A DNA stretch of 64,000 nucleotides, taken from assembly GCA_040767965.1 (NCBI GenBank), contig JAXGNR010000004.1:1-64000 (forward strand). The letters run 5' to 3'. The stretch comes from Atribacterota bacterium (GTDB lineage: Bacteria > Atribacterota > Phoenicimicrobiia > Phoenicimicrobiales > Stramentimicrobiaceae). Below the pieces are notes generated by a model. The model saw only the letters and a list, made by a program, of their open reading frames with translations. It did not search any database and was not told the origin of the DNA. This document shows positions 19,650 through 30,335 of the stretch, piece by piece; positions within the stretch are counted from its first letter, which is position 1; each line of letters begins with the position of its first letter. The translations under genes were made by a program, and so were the position numbers.

Positions 19650-20747
19650 ATGTCAACAAAAGAAAATAATGGTATCTATAAAACAACAACCAGATTGATT
19701 ATTCAAATAGCTGTCATTCTTTTGATAGTTTTAAATTTTAATAGCTTTATTAACCTGATAAAATTTATTTGGGGTATAATATCGCCTTTGTTTCTTGGTG
19801 CAGGAATTGCTTTTGTGTTAAATATAATTGTTAACAGATATGAGAGAATATATTTTCCCAATAGTAACAATGGATTTATATTAAAAACCCGCAGGACTGT
19901 GTGTATTTTTTTATCTTTGCTAACTGTTGTGTTGGTATTATTTTTGTTTTTATACATTTTAATTCCACAGATAAGCAATTTTGTCCATTTATTGTCAACT
20001 CAATTGCCAACACTGTATGAAAAAAGTGTCGAATGGATTATGGGACATTCAGAGAAATACCCTATTATAAGACAGAGAATTAAAGAATTGGATATAAGCG
20101 GGGAAGCTGCAATAAATAAAAGTCTGGAAATCATGAACAGCTGGGCTTTTGGGTCTGTTTCTTTTATTGGAATCGTTTTTGGTAAAATTATTGAATTAGT
20201 ACTTGCATTAGTATTTAGTATTTATATATTGTTTGATAAAAATACTGTGAAAAAAAATTATCAGAAATTAAGCAAAACTTATCTGAGCAGTAAAAAAAGA
20301 GAGCAATTAACTAAAATTATTAAAATAACAGATAATACTTTTTCAAGTTTTTTTCTTGGACAATTCAAAGAGGCTGTCATATTAGGGATTTTATGCACTA
20401 TTGGTATGATAATATTGAGACTGCCATATCCAACTACGATTGGATCTGTAGTTGGCTTATCTTCTATTATCCCAATGGTGGGAGCTTATATAGGAGCAGC
20501 ATTTGGAATTTTATTAATAATAGTAGTTGATTGGTTTAGTGCAGTTCTTTTCCTGGCATTTATCATCATTTTACAACAAATTGAAAGTAATTTTATTTAT
20601 CCAAAAATTGTAGGTGATACAATTGGCTTACCTGGAATATGGGTATTTGCTGCAATTATTGTGGGAACAGGATTAATGGGTTTTTTAGGAATTTTACTGG
20701 GAGTTCCTATTGTAGCAACATTATATAAATTACTTAATCAATCTTGA
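19650..20747 (+). CDS. AI-2E family transporter
   Basis: 'IPMVGAYIG', 'QQIESNFIYPKIVG..IGLP', 'GILLGVP'. Confidence 0.9.
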   Translation: MSTKENNGIYKTTTRLIIQIAVILLIVLNFNSFINLIKFIWGIISPLFLGAGIAFVLNIIVNRYERIYFPNSNNGFILKTRRTVCIFLSLLTVVLVLFLFLYILIPQISNFVHLLSTQLPTLYEKSVEWIMGHSEKYPIIRQRIKELDISGEAAINKSLEIMNSWAFGSVSFIGIVFGKIIELVLALVFSIYILFDKNTVKKNYQKLSKTYLSSKKREQLTKIIKITDNTFSSFFLGQFKEAVILGILCTIGMIILRLPYPTTIGSVVGLSSIIPMVGAYIGAAFGILLIIVVDWFSAVLFLAFIIILQQIESNFIYPKIVGDTIGLPGIWVFAAIIVGTGLMGFLGILLGVPIVATLYKLLNQS

Positions 20748-21023
20748 AAATCAATCATTCTGAAAATTGCCATCAAAAAATTCTCCATCATTTTTATCAG
20801 AAAATAAAGCAGATCGCAAAGATCAAAAGTAAAAATAATTACATAAAACCAAATATATTTCTTTGCATCTTTTAAAAAACATTAATTTAGATTGACTTTT
20901 TTAAAGTAGTAAATAGGGATATTATGTTATTAATAAATATTTTAATAAAATTTTTGTCTAAAAAGGCTATTTTTAGGGAATATAATTAACAGTGGGTTTT
21001 TTAAATTAATAGAAAAATAAAAT

Positions 21024-21113
21024 AAATTGAAAAAGGCAAACTGCCTGAAAAAGCAGGACGCAAAGTCATGGGCCTAAAGTAAAATTTACTATGGCTGCCA
21101 GACCACCGATTTA
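21024..21113 (+). ncRNA. c-di-GMP-I (GEMM) riboswitch
   Basis: GGCAAAC-stem-GAAA-stem-GGACGCAAAG...GGCCTAA...GGCTGCCAGACCACCGAT; aligns by eye with the Vc2 aptamer; G20 and C92 equivalents canonical. Confidence 0.9.
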
Positions 21114-21314
21114 TTTTTTCTTTTCTAAAATTAGTAAGAAAACTATTAAACCAAGACAACCTATAAAACAATGTTTAAGGTTTTTTAATAGATAAAATTA
21201 AAAAGGAATGATTTTAACTAACGATAAATATCAGTAAGACATATAAAAAGAAACCTTATTTTTCTATCAAAAAAAACAATTCTTAACTAAATCAGAATCT
21301 TAACGGTTGGATTA

Positions 21315-22928
21315 ATGTACACACTTTATAATAAAATAATGAAGGAGAGTATGGAAATGTTTAATAGGCGGTACATTAGAAACAAATTGGCTGGAACTAT
21401 AAAAGTATTTAAGTTTAATAAACAACATACAATAAATATTTTTTTATTAGTTATCATTACTTTGATATTTTTAACCGCATACTGCATGGGAAACAACCAA
21501 ACTCAAGGTAAAGAACTTTATCAGCAGGCCCTTAAACTGGAAGAACAGAACAATTTCAGTCAGGCAGTAAGTCTCTATGAGCAGGCATACTCTAACCTAT
21601 TAGAAGAAGAGAATTTGGAACTGGCTACTAAGTGCAGTGAATCTTTGCAAAGGCTGATGATTTTCCAGGCTGTCTATCCTTACACCATAGACCAACTTGA
21701 GGAGGTTATCCGGCATACATTCCCCCAGGCTACTGCTGAACAAATAGAAAACTGGGTTAACAGCAAAGAGATAGAACATTATATTTGGGATGGTGAAGAG
21801 TACTATTTTTCAGATGGAATACAAAATCTCAAGTTCCGATACATAGAACTGATACAGTCAGATGAAGCAGCAGAGCAGGAATATCATAATCTGGTACTCA
21901 AAGTAAACAAGATTGCCCAGGAACAGCCGATTCATCCCTGGCAACAGTATCAAAAACCCGCTGCTTATCGAGGCATTCATGCTATTACAATTCCCAGAGA
22001 CAAGTTACCCGAAACAGGTACTTACCGTCTATGGCTACCAATACCCATCAATACCGGTCCGCAGAATCAGGTTATAATTGAATCTATAACACCAGATAAA
22101 TGGGTTAAACAACCACCCAGTATCGATCAGGAAATTGGTTTATTGTATATGGAAATTCCCATGGAAGAACTTTCCGAAGATTTTACAATTCAAGCTAGTT
22201 TTACCTTTAATCACTATGAACAAAGATTCTCAGTCAATCCTGCTAATATCGGTGAATATGACAAAGATTCTGCTCTCTATCAAAAATACACCAGATCATA
22301 TGGTAACACAGAGATAACTCCAGATATTAAAAAAATGGCTGAGACTATTGTTGGTGATGAAACAAATCCTTATTTTGCTGCCCGCAAGATATATGACTAT
22401 ATTGTTACCCAGGTGGATTATGCTTTCATGCCACATCTGATATTCTTGCCCAGGTCATCGCTGACCGAAACAGATTATGTCCATATAAACCAGCGGGGTG
22501 ATTGTGGTGCCCAGTCTATGTACTTTTCTGCCATGTGCCGCTCACTGGGAATCCCTGCCAGAACCACTGGTGGCTGGCAGCTTTTCAAAGATGAGTTTAG
22601 CGGTCACTTTTGGGCAGAATTCTATTTACCCAACTATGGCTGGATACCGGTAGATACCTCTGCTGCCCAGCTTGCTTATTACCCAAAAGACTTAACCGAT
22701 CAACAGAGGCAAATTTTTATTGATTATTACTTCGGTAACCAGGACTCTATGCGCTGTGTAGTCCAAAATGATACGGATGTACCTTTGATTCCGGCAGCCC
22801 ATGGAATGATATTGCTTCCAATGGCTATCCAGGTGCCTGCTGTTGAATACTCCATCTCAACCCATGAGATGCCGGATGAGATATTTTTGGAAAATTGGAT
22901 ATTTCAATGTGAAAAGATAAACCAATAA
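21315..22928 (+). CDS. Exported transglutaminase-like (Cys-His-Asp) protein with N-terminal TPR-like helices
   Basis: GDCGAQS..F.AMCRSLGIPAR, GHFWAEFY, GWIPVD; N-terminal TM; true start probably 21351 or 21357. Confidence 0.88.
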   Translation: MYTLYNKIMKESMEMFNRRYIRNKLAGTIKVFKFNKQHTINIFLLVIITLIFLTAYCMGNNQTQGKELYQQALKLEEQNNFSQAVSLYEQAYSNLLEEENLELATKCSESLQRLMIFQAVYPYTIDQLEEVIRHTFPQATAEQIENWVNSKEIEHYIWDGEEYYFSDGIQNLKFRYIELIQSDEAAEQEYHNLVLKVNKIAQEQPIHPWQQYQKPAAYRGIHAITIPRDKLPETGTYRLWLPIPINTGPQNQVIIESITPDKWVKQPPSIDQEIGLLYMEIPMEELSEDFTIQASFTFNHYEQRFSVNPANIGEYDKDSALYQKYTRSYGNTEITPDIKKMAETIVGDETNPYFAARKIYDYIVTQVDYAFMPHLIFLPRSSLTETDYVHINQRGDCGAQSMYFSAMCRSLGIPARTTGGWQLFKDEFSGHFWAEFYLPNYGWIPVDTSAAQLAYYPKDLTDQQRQIFIDYYFGNQDSMRCVVQNDTDVPLIPAAHGMILLPMAIQVPAVEYSISTHEMPDEIFLENWIFQCEKINQ

Positions 22929-23035
22929 TTCTTAGCCTTAGTTGTATGCTGTAAGTTTTGCATAGCAAAAAAATCTGTTGCTTATCTATAATAAGGGAAC
23001 AAACAATAAAAATTCTCTGTATTATATCAGGTAGC

Positions 23036-23073
23036 TCAATATTAATAATATAAGTCAATATTAATAATATGAG
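23036..23073 (+). repeat. Tandem 19 bp direct repeat x2
   Basis: TCAATATTAATAATATAAG / TCAATATTAATAATATGAG. Confidence 0.6.
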
Positions 23074-23169
23074 ATAGATAAAGTTTATTATTCATTTGCT
23101 GGTTACTGGCTTTAGAAATGAAAAGTAATTACTTGATGAAAGAATAAGAATTAAAGGTTTTTTAGAAAA

Positions 23170-23263
23170 AAAATTGATAAAGGCAAACTGTCCGAAAGGG
23201 CAGGACGCAAAGTCATGGGCCTAAAGTTGTTTAATAACCACGGCGGTCAGCCTGTCGGTTTTT
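23170..23263 (+). ncRNA. c-di-GMP-I (GEMM) riboswitch, variant
   Basis: GGCAAACTGTCCGAAAGGGCAGGACGCAAAGTCATGGGCCTAA...GGCGGTCAGCCTGTCGG. Confidence 0.87.
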
Positions 23264-23428
23264 TGCTATTTTATAGACACATAAATTTTACAGAAAAACT
23301 ATATTGAACATAAACGGTCATTATTTTAAAATAAAGACTATAAAAGATTTAGAGAATAAAAAAATATGTATTTAAATATTCCAGATGATAAAATTAAGGA
23401 ATATATTGTCAGGGGTTTTTAAGGTCTC

Positions 23429-25671
23429 ATGAGAAAAGACAAACTAAAGAGTATAGATATCAGGTATTTTCTGATACCTTTTATTATCCTGGTATTGTTA
23501 TTTTTTGGAATAACTCAATATACGATAAATAAATATGTCAATAACAGTTATGAAAACTTTGAAGAATCATCAATAGATATTGCAAATAGCTATTCCCGTA
23601 CCCTGCTCACTTCCCAAGGAAGCCCATAATATAGTAACTGAACTGTTAGATGAAAAGCGATGATAGCCAATAAGGCTTGCCAAGCTAATTCAGGGATTTG
23701 AAACTACTGAAGAACTGGCAGAATTGGCCGAAAGGTTTTTTATCGATGAGATATATCTTTATAACTTGGTGAAATTATACACAGCAATACGAACAAATAT
23801 ATTGGTTGGAAGGCATATCCTGGCCATCCGGTTCATGATTTCATGATCAGTGATGAACCGATTTTAGTGGAGGATATCCGAAGGGATACCGAAAGCGATA
23901 CTTATTACAAATATGCCTATTATCAGGTTGCTGACGGTTCATTTGTCCAGATAGGGGTATTGGCTGAGGAAGTTCAGGAGTTCCTGGGGAAATTTGAGCT
24001 TAAAAAATTAATAGACAGAATATCAAACAGAGAAGATATTATGTATATCTCCTTTGTAGACGATAACAATGAAATGATTGTCAGCAACAATTCTCAGTAT
24101 ACCGAGGAAATAACAGAAGAAATCACTATCCGCAATAAACTTCAGGTCTGAACGTATTCAGTAAAGAACTGTCGCAGGTAATGCATGATGCTTTTCAGGT
24201 CTGTATGCCGGTTCTCAGCGAAGATAAAAGCCTTGGCACACTAACGGTTGCCTGGAGAACCGATGAGATTGATGGAGAGATAAAGGATATTATCTTTAAT
24301 AACTTTCTTCAGTTGGCTTTGGTTTCTGCCATCGTTGGAGCTATCATGTATTATGCACTACCGGAAGAACAAATCCAACATCAGGATCACTTATTATGAT
24401 AAGCTTACCGGCCTTCCAAACAGCGAATACCTGAATGAGTATCTCGAGAGCGGAGTTAAGAATGCAGATAAACATAAAAAGGCCATAATGCTTTTAAACT
24501 GCACAATTTTAATATCTTGAATATGACCCATGGCTATCTTTACGGAGAAAAAGATACATGTCAAAATTGCAAGAAAAGATTAAAAACATATTAGAACCTG
24601 ATGAGGAATTATTCAGGCCTAGCGCAGACCGCTTTATTATTATTATCGGCAATTACAAAAGAAAAGAAGATTTACAAGCATTGGCTCAAAAAAAAATTAT
24701 AAATATTTTTGATAAGCCATTTTTGGTCAATGGCGGCCCCCAGTTTGTCAGTGCCGAAATCAGTATTGTTGAGATTAAAAACAGGATGCTGCCTATTGAT
24801 AACCTTTTAAAGGATGCCACTTTGGCCCTTTCACATATGTCTACTAGCAGTAATAATGCCATCTATTTTTATGAGGATAAAATGGAAGTGATTGTCAGGC
24901 AGGCTGATAAAATAGAAAAGGTATTAGAGCTATCCGATTGTGAACCTGAAGATTTTATCTCCATTACCAGCCCAAGTTGGATCTTAAACAGAACAAATTA
25001 TGGGCTTTGAAGCCCTGGCAGAGATTAAATATTCCAGGAATGGGTATTATTTCTCCTATGGAGTTTGTAGATATAGCGGAAGAGAATGCTGATCTATGGT
25101 TTGGGAAAACAAATTCTGCAAAAGGAGCCTGTAAATTCTCAAAAGTCTTCATGACAGCGGTTATGAGGATATCAATCTGTCGGTAAATATCTCAGGCCTA
25201 CAGTTGCTTAGAAGGATTTATAAAAAAGATATAGAACAATACATACAATCATTATGTGCTAATATTAAATCTTTGGAGTTTAAATTGCGAATCAATCTTG
25301 CTTTCCAATTATGAGCTGATAAATGAAAAATTAAAGGATATCAGGGAAATAGGGATTGCTATTTCCACATGGATGATCTGGTACCGGCTTTTCACTCCTG
25401 ACAAGAGCTAGAACTGAATATTAATATAGTAAAGCTGGACAAGGTTTTTTATCAGCAAAATAAAAAACGAAGATGAAGAAAATCTAATAACATCAGATAT
25501 TATTTCCATAGTGCATAAGCCTTAGGATTAACAGTAGTTGCCGAGGGAGTAGAGGAGGAAGAATTAAAAAAGATATCTGCAAAAACATGATTGTATTATT
25601 ATCCGGTTACACTTGGTCAGCAAGCCTCTTGTGGAGGCAGATGCACTGAATTCTTGAAAAATAGTCAATAA
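23429..25671 (+). pseudogene. Membrane sensor - degenerate GGDEF - EAL phosphodiesterase gene, multiply frameshifted
   Basis: Fragments: TM plus extracellular domain, 'YYDKLTGLPN', SADRF in place of GGDEF, GFEALA at ~25003-25020, 'ISPMEFVDIAE', 'VVAEGVE'. Confidence 0.8.
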
Positions 25672-25796
25672 AATGGTTAGTTTGAAATTTATACTGGTCT
25701 TGAGAAATAATCACGAATAGAGGTGTTTGTTATTATTCAAAATAGTCTATATATGTACTATTCTGTTCATAAGAGAAAGGACTGAAATTCTAATAA

Positions 25797-27737
25797 ATGA
25801 TTAATATCTTGCCATTCCTACATTTTTTCGCTTTTTTGGTATATTTTTATCTTATAGCTTATCTGTTAAGTAAAAAATTCCAAGTCTTTACTAAACAGGG
25901 TCTGTGCTGCTTTTCTGGGCTGTTTTGCCTTATGGAGCTTAATGTTGACTTTTCTATTCATTCCCAAGGACTTTAAAGAAACTGCAATATTCTTTGATAA
26001 TATTCTTCTATTGAATGGATTAGTTTGGCCAGTTTCTTTTTATGGTTTGCCTTATCTTTGCTAAAAACAAAAATTCTTACAAATGAAAATATTTTATCTT
26101 TGTATTTTTGCTTTACCAGTATTGTTTATCTACGTAATGGACTGGTTTAATAACAGTTGATTATATCAAGAAATCCTTAGGGATGGAGCAGAATATGGTC
26201 ATGTTCTATCTGGGCTTATCTATTTTTGCTTATTTTATAACTTCATAACTATAGGCTTATATTTAATATATGCCTATAAAAGCAAAAATAAAGGAACAGC
26301 ACTATGAGCAGAAACAAGCAAAAATAATTCTCATTACTGCTCTGATTGCATATTGTTAGTACCATTATTGGAAGTTATATTGCCTGAATTTTTAGTTATT
26401 AAACTACCTTCTTTGGGTAACGTAGTTACCCACTCATCTAAAACCTAGTGTACATAGTTTATAATATAGCTAAATACGATTTTATGACTATTACTCCCGG
26501 TTTTGTTGCTGAAAAGATATTATCTACTATGGCTGATTCTCTGCTTTTAATGGATAAGGACGGGAAGATATTTACTGTAAATGAATCTTTGGAACAGCTT
26601 ACAGGATATAAAGAAAGTGAACTGAAAGGAAAAACGATGGATTTATTCTTTCCAGGGGAAAAGTTCTGTCAGTCTCTTCTGAATCAATCCAATAACAATG
26701 ATGTTATCAAAAACCTTGAGCAAAACCTCAAGACAAAGAGCAATACCAATATCCCTGTTATTATCTCCAGCTCTCTTATTACTGGTAATACAGGTATGAC
26801 CCTGGGAATTGTCTGTATTATCAAAGATATGACCCAATACAGACAAGCAATGGATGCCCTCCGAGAAAGTGAAAAGAGATTCCAGGATGTTACCGAGAAT
26901 GCCCAGGAGTGGGTTTGGGAAGTCGATGCTACCGGTAAATATGTTTACAGTAACCATGTTTGCCAGAAAATCTTAGGCTATATGCCGGAAGAGATGCTTG
27001 ATAAATATTTCTATGACTTCTTTTATCCTGAACAAAAGGAACAAATAAAGAAAAAATCGGTTGCCATGTTTGCTGATAAAAAACCTTTTCGGGAATTCTT
27101 CAATTTGAATATCAGTAAAGACGGAAAGCCGGTTTGGCTTTCAACTAGCGGGGTACCAGTCCTGGATAAGGATGACAGCCTTCTTGGCTATCGTGGTACA
27201 GATATGGATATCAGCGAACGAATTCAAACAGAGAAACAACTTAAAGAGCTGGCAAGGATTGATTCCCTAACCGGCTGCTATAATCGTAGATACGGCCTGG
27301 AATTGGCACAGAGGCATATTAGCTTATCAAAGCGTCATCAATCACCTTTACTATTAGCCTTTCTTGATATTGATAATTTCAAAGATATAAATGATAATCA
27401 CGGTCATTTAGAGGGGGATAAGGTTCTAAAACAGGTAGCCAGTTTATTTAAGAAAAATCTTAGAGAAATTGACATTATCTCTCGGTTAGGGGGAGATGAG
27501 TTTTTATTGGTATTCCCTGATAGCTCATTAAAAGATATGGATTCTATAAAGAAACGTATTTATGCTGCCCTGTCTGATTTTAATGAAAAGATAAAGACAA
27601 ATGCGAATTATGACATCCAGCTGAGTATGGGTTTTGCTGAATATTTACCCGATATGCCGAAAGAATTGGATGAGTTGATATCCATAGCTGATCAGCAGAT
27701 GTATAAGGAGAAAAATAATAAAAAACAATGTAGTTAG
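25797..27737 (+). CDS. Membrane-anchored PAS-PAS-GGDEF diguanylate cyclase; N-terminal TM region (25797-26447) frameshifted, 26448-27737 intact
   Basis: DSLTGCYNRR, DIDNFKDINDNHGHLEGD, RxxD I-site (REID), RLGGDEF; hydrophobic fragments upstream from ATG 25797. Confidence 0.85.
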
Positions 27738-27837
27738 GTTTTATTATTCTTTAAATAAATTCTTTTAAAAAAGGTACAGGAATGTTAATATTTTTTATAT
27801 TTTTGTTTTTTAAGCAGTAAAAATCTAATTCACATAG

Positions 27838-27882
27838 AAAGGGGCTGTTAATTGGGCAAATTCCCAAAACCCAGCCCCTTTT
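27838..27882. terminator. Intrinsic terminator between convergent genes
   Basis: AAAGGGGCTG...CAGCCCCTTTT. Confidence 0.65.
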
Positions 27883-27947
27883 AGGAATTAAACCAGTGTT
27901 TAAGATATTTTTTGTCTTTGGCTTTATTTTATTATTTGGTATAATAT

Positions 27948-28616
27948 TTATTCTGCTTTAATCCATGTATCTGAATCAGTAAAAAGATAGGTTCCGGCTT
28001 CTCTCTCATTTGCATCATAAAAACTTTTGAACTCCACATATTCAGGCACTAAGGTTGGGAAAGTAGCTGCTTTATAATGACCTATAGAATTTGTCTTATA
28101 AATATTAACATCTGCCCCGATTGTGATTGAACTTAGAGGATTACCACCAAATACGTGCTCATCAATAAAGTCAATACTGTCAGGAATGGTAATGGATGTT
28201 AAGGAATTATTACAAAAAGCAGCACTTCCAATGGATATAACACTATCCGGGATGGTTAAAGAATGCAGACAATTAGCAAAAAATGCATAGTCGCCAATAG
28301 TCGTGATGGTATCCGGAAAAACAACTGATCTTATCCACGTATCAAAATCTGATTTAAAAGCTTTATAGCCAATATGTTCTACCATTAGGCCATTAATGGT
28401 TGGAGGTATCACAATGTTATCTCCTTGAGGATTCCAATCACCAGTACTATTTTCATAACCAGTAATCGTTCTGGTTTCTTCATCAAAGACGAAATGCTCC
28501 TCCGGTGTGGGAGATGTGTTGTTTGTTAGCAGATTTCCACAATTAACCAGCTGACAACCTGCAGTTAACAAGGCTACCAGGGAACACAATAACAGAACAC
28601 TTAATACTTTTTTCAT
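27948..28616 (-). CDS. BspA-like (LRR_5) leucine-rich repeat lipoprotein
   Basis: Lipobox LTAGC; repeats 'L.S.TIPDSV..IG..AF..N'. Confidence 0.88.
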   Translation of the reverse strand: MKKVLSVLLLCSLVALLTAGCQLVNCGNLLTNNTSPTPEEHFVFDEETRTITGYENSTGDWNPQGDNIVIPPTINGLMVEHIGYKAFKSDFDTWIRSVVFPDTITTIGDYAFFANCLHSLTIPDSVISIGSAAFCNNSLTSITIPDSIDFIDEHVFGGNPLSSITIGADVNIYKTNSIGHYKAATFPTLVPEYVEFKSFYDANEREAGTYLFTDSDTWIKAE

Positions 28617-28689
28617 ATTTTTTCTCCTTTTTCTTTTTAAAGCAATACCTTCCAGTTATATTTATTTATCTTGTCACCAAATAAAAAAA

Positions 28690-28781
28690 TAAATCGGCGG
28701 TCTGGCAGCCCTGGTCATAAAATGACGGTAGGCCCATAACTTTGCGTCCTGCCCTTTCGGGCAGTTTGCCTTTGTCAATTT
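28690..28781 (-). ncRNA. c-di-GMP-I (GEMM) riboswitch
   Basis: Minus strand GGCAAACTGCCCGAAAGGGCAGGACGCAAAGTTATGGGCCTA...GGCTGCCAGACCGCCGAT, 74 nt upstream of the LRR gene. Confidence 0.9.
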
Positions 28782-28838
28782 ATATAAGTTTGAATGCAAA
28801 TCAATATCCTTAGCTTATTATTCTCTAAAATAGAGTTC

Positions 28839-30062
28839 TTAGATATTTACTGATTTTATTTTATTTGAAATAACTTTTCCTAATCTTTTGATTCCTTCTT
28901 CGATGTCTTCTTCTTTTGGATAGCAGAAAGAAAGTCTCATTGTGTTTTTCCCTTTATTGTTGGCATAAAAAGATGAACCACTGACATAAACAACTTTTTC
29001 TTTAATTGCCTCCTGGAGCATTTCATCGGTATTAAAATATTCAGGTAAAGTGACAAAAATAAAAAAACCACCTTCTGGCTTAGTCCATGATGTCTCTTTT
29101 GGGAAATATCTTTTCAATGATTTTAGCATAACGTCTCGTTTTTTTCTGTAAATATCAATGTTTTTCTGTATATTATTTTCAAGGTTTCCGTGCCAGCAGT
29201 ATTCTGAAGCAATCATCTGGTTTAAAATAGGGGTACATATATCAGTAGCCTGTTTTAAGGTGGTTATTTTTTCAATAATATCGTGATTACCGGTTATCCA
29301 GGCAAGTCTTAAACCCGGACATAAAATCTTAGAAAAAGTACCCAGGCTGATGACAATTCCATCAGAATCAAGAGCAAAAATTGATGGAATTTCTTCTCCT
29401 TCAAAACGGATTTTATCATATGGGTTATCTTCCAAAATAAAGAGATTATTTTCCCGGGCTATTTCCAGAATTCTTTTTCTTCTTTCTAAAGACATTGTAA
29501 CTCCGGCAGGGTTTTGAAAATTTGAGATAGTGTAGATAAATTTAACTGTTCTATCTTGTTTTTTTAATTCTTTCAGCTTTCTTTCCAGCATATCTATCAT
29601 CATACCTTCTTCATCCATAGGTATTCCAATCATCTCTGCTCCATAACTCTGAAAAGCATTTAAAGCTGCAAGGTAACTTGGTAATTCTACTATCACAATA
29701 TCGCCCGGATCTACCAATAACTTACTTACCAGATCCAATCCCTGTTGAGATCCTGAGGTAATAATAATATTGTCTAAATAATAATTTTTATCTCCCTGAT
29801 CCAACGACTGAAATAAAAATTCCCTTAATCTTAATAAACCTTCAGTATTGCTGTACTGTAGTGCATGTGCACTATCTAAAGAGAGTATTTGATTGCATAT
29901 TTCCTTTAATTCCTCTGCAGGGAAAGTTGCAGGGTCCGGCATTCCACCAGCCAAAGATATAATCTCTGAGTTCTGGATTATTTTTAATATTTCTCTGACT
30001 GAAGAGGTTTTAATCTGCGTAGCTAGTTTTGAAAATAATTCTTTACTTTTAAATGAAGACAT
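28839..30062 (-). CDS. PLP-dependent aminotransferase class I/II (LysN-like)
   Basis: 'ISLAGGMP', 'FQNPAG', 'EDNPY', 'GTFSKILCPGLRLAW'; GGAGG RBS before ATG 30062. Confidence 0.9.
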   Translation of the reverse strand: MSSFKSKELFSKLATQIKTSSVREILKIIQNSEIISLAGGMPDPATFPAEELKEICNQILSLDSAHALQYSNTEGLLRLREFLFQSLDQGDKNYYLDNIIITSGSQQGLDLVSKLLVDPGDIVIVELPSYLAALNAFQSYGAEMIGIPMDEEGMMIDMLERKLKELKKQDRTVKFIYTISNFQNPAGVTMSLERRKRILEIARENNLFILEDNPYDKIRFEGEEIPSIFALDSDGIVISLGTFSKILCPGLRLAWITGNHDIIEKITTLKQATDICTPILNQMIASEYCWHGNLENNIQKNIDIYRKKRDVMLKSLKRYFPKETSWTKPEGGFFIFVTLPEYFNTDEMLQEAIKEKVVYVSGSSFYANNKGKNTMRLSFCYPKEEDIEEGIKRLGKVISNKIKSVNI

Positions 30063-30335
30063 AATTCTTTCCTCCTGTTTGGTGGAATAATGCTGACTTA
30101 ACTTAATCAAATTAGTATGTTTTCGATAAGATTTAGCATAATCTCCGGTTTTTCTTTATTTTCAAGCAAAAAAGTTGTTTAATTATAAATGAGTTTTTGG
30201 CTGGAATCAAGTAAATTGCTAAATTTACATTCATTAATTTAAAGACCAGTTTTATATTTTCCTCTTGTTTTTACTTTTTTCAAATTTTATAATGAAAATA
30301 ATTTATAATTATAAAAGAGAGGATTCTTAAATATA

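Noticed and set aside
20745-20810. Selenocysteine readthrough at the TGA of the AI-2E gene
   Set aside because: The protein is already full length for the family, there is no redox motif context and no SECIS-like hairpin.
27240-27737. Hypr-type GGDEF (cGAMP synthase)
   Set aside because: It retains Asp in GHLEGD (PleD D344 equivalent) rather than the Ser/Thr of Hypr enzymes, so it is predicted to be a canonical diguanylate cyclase.
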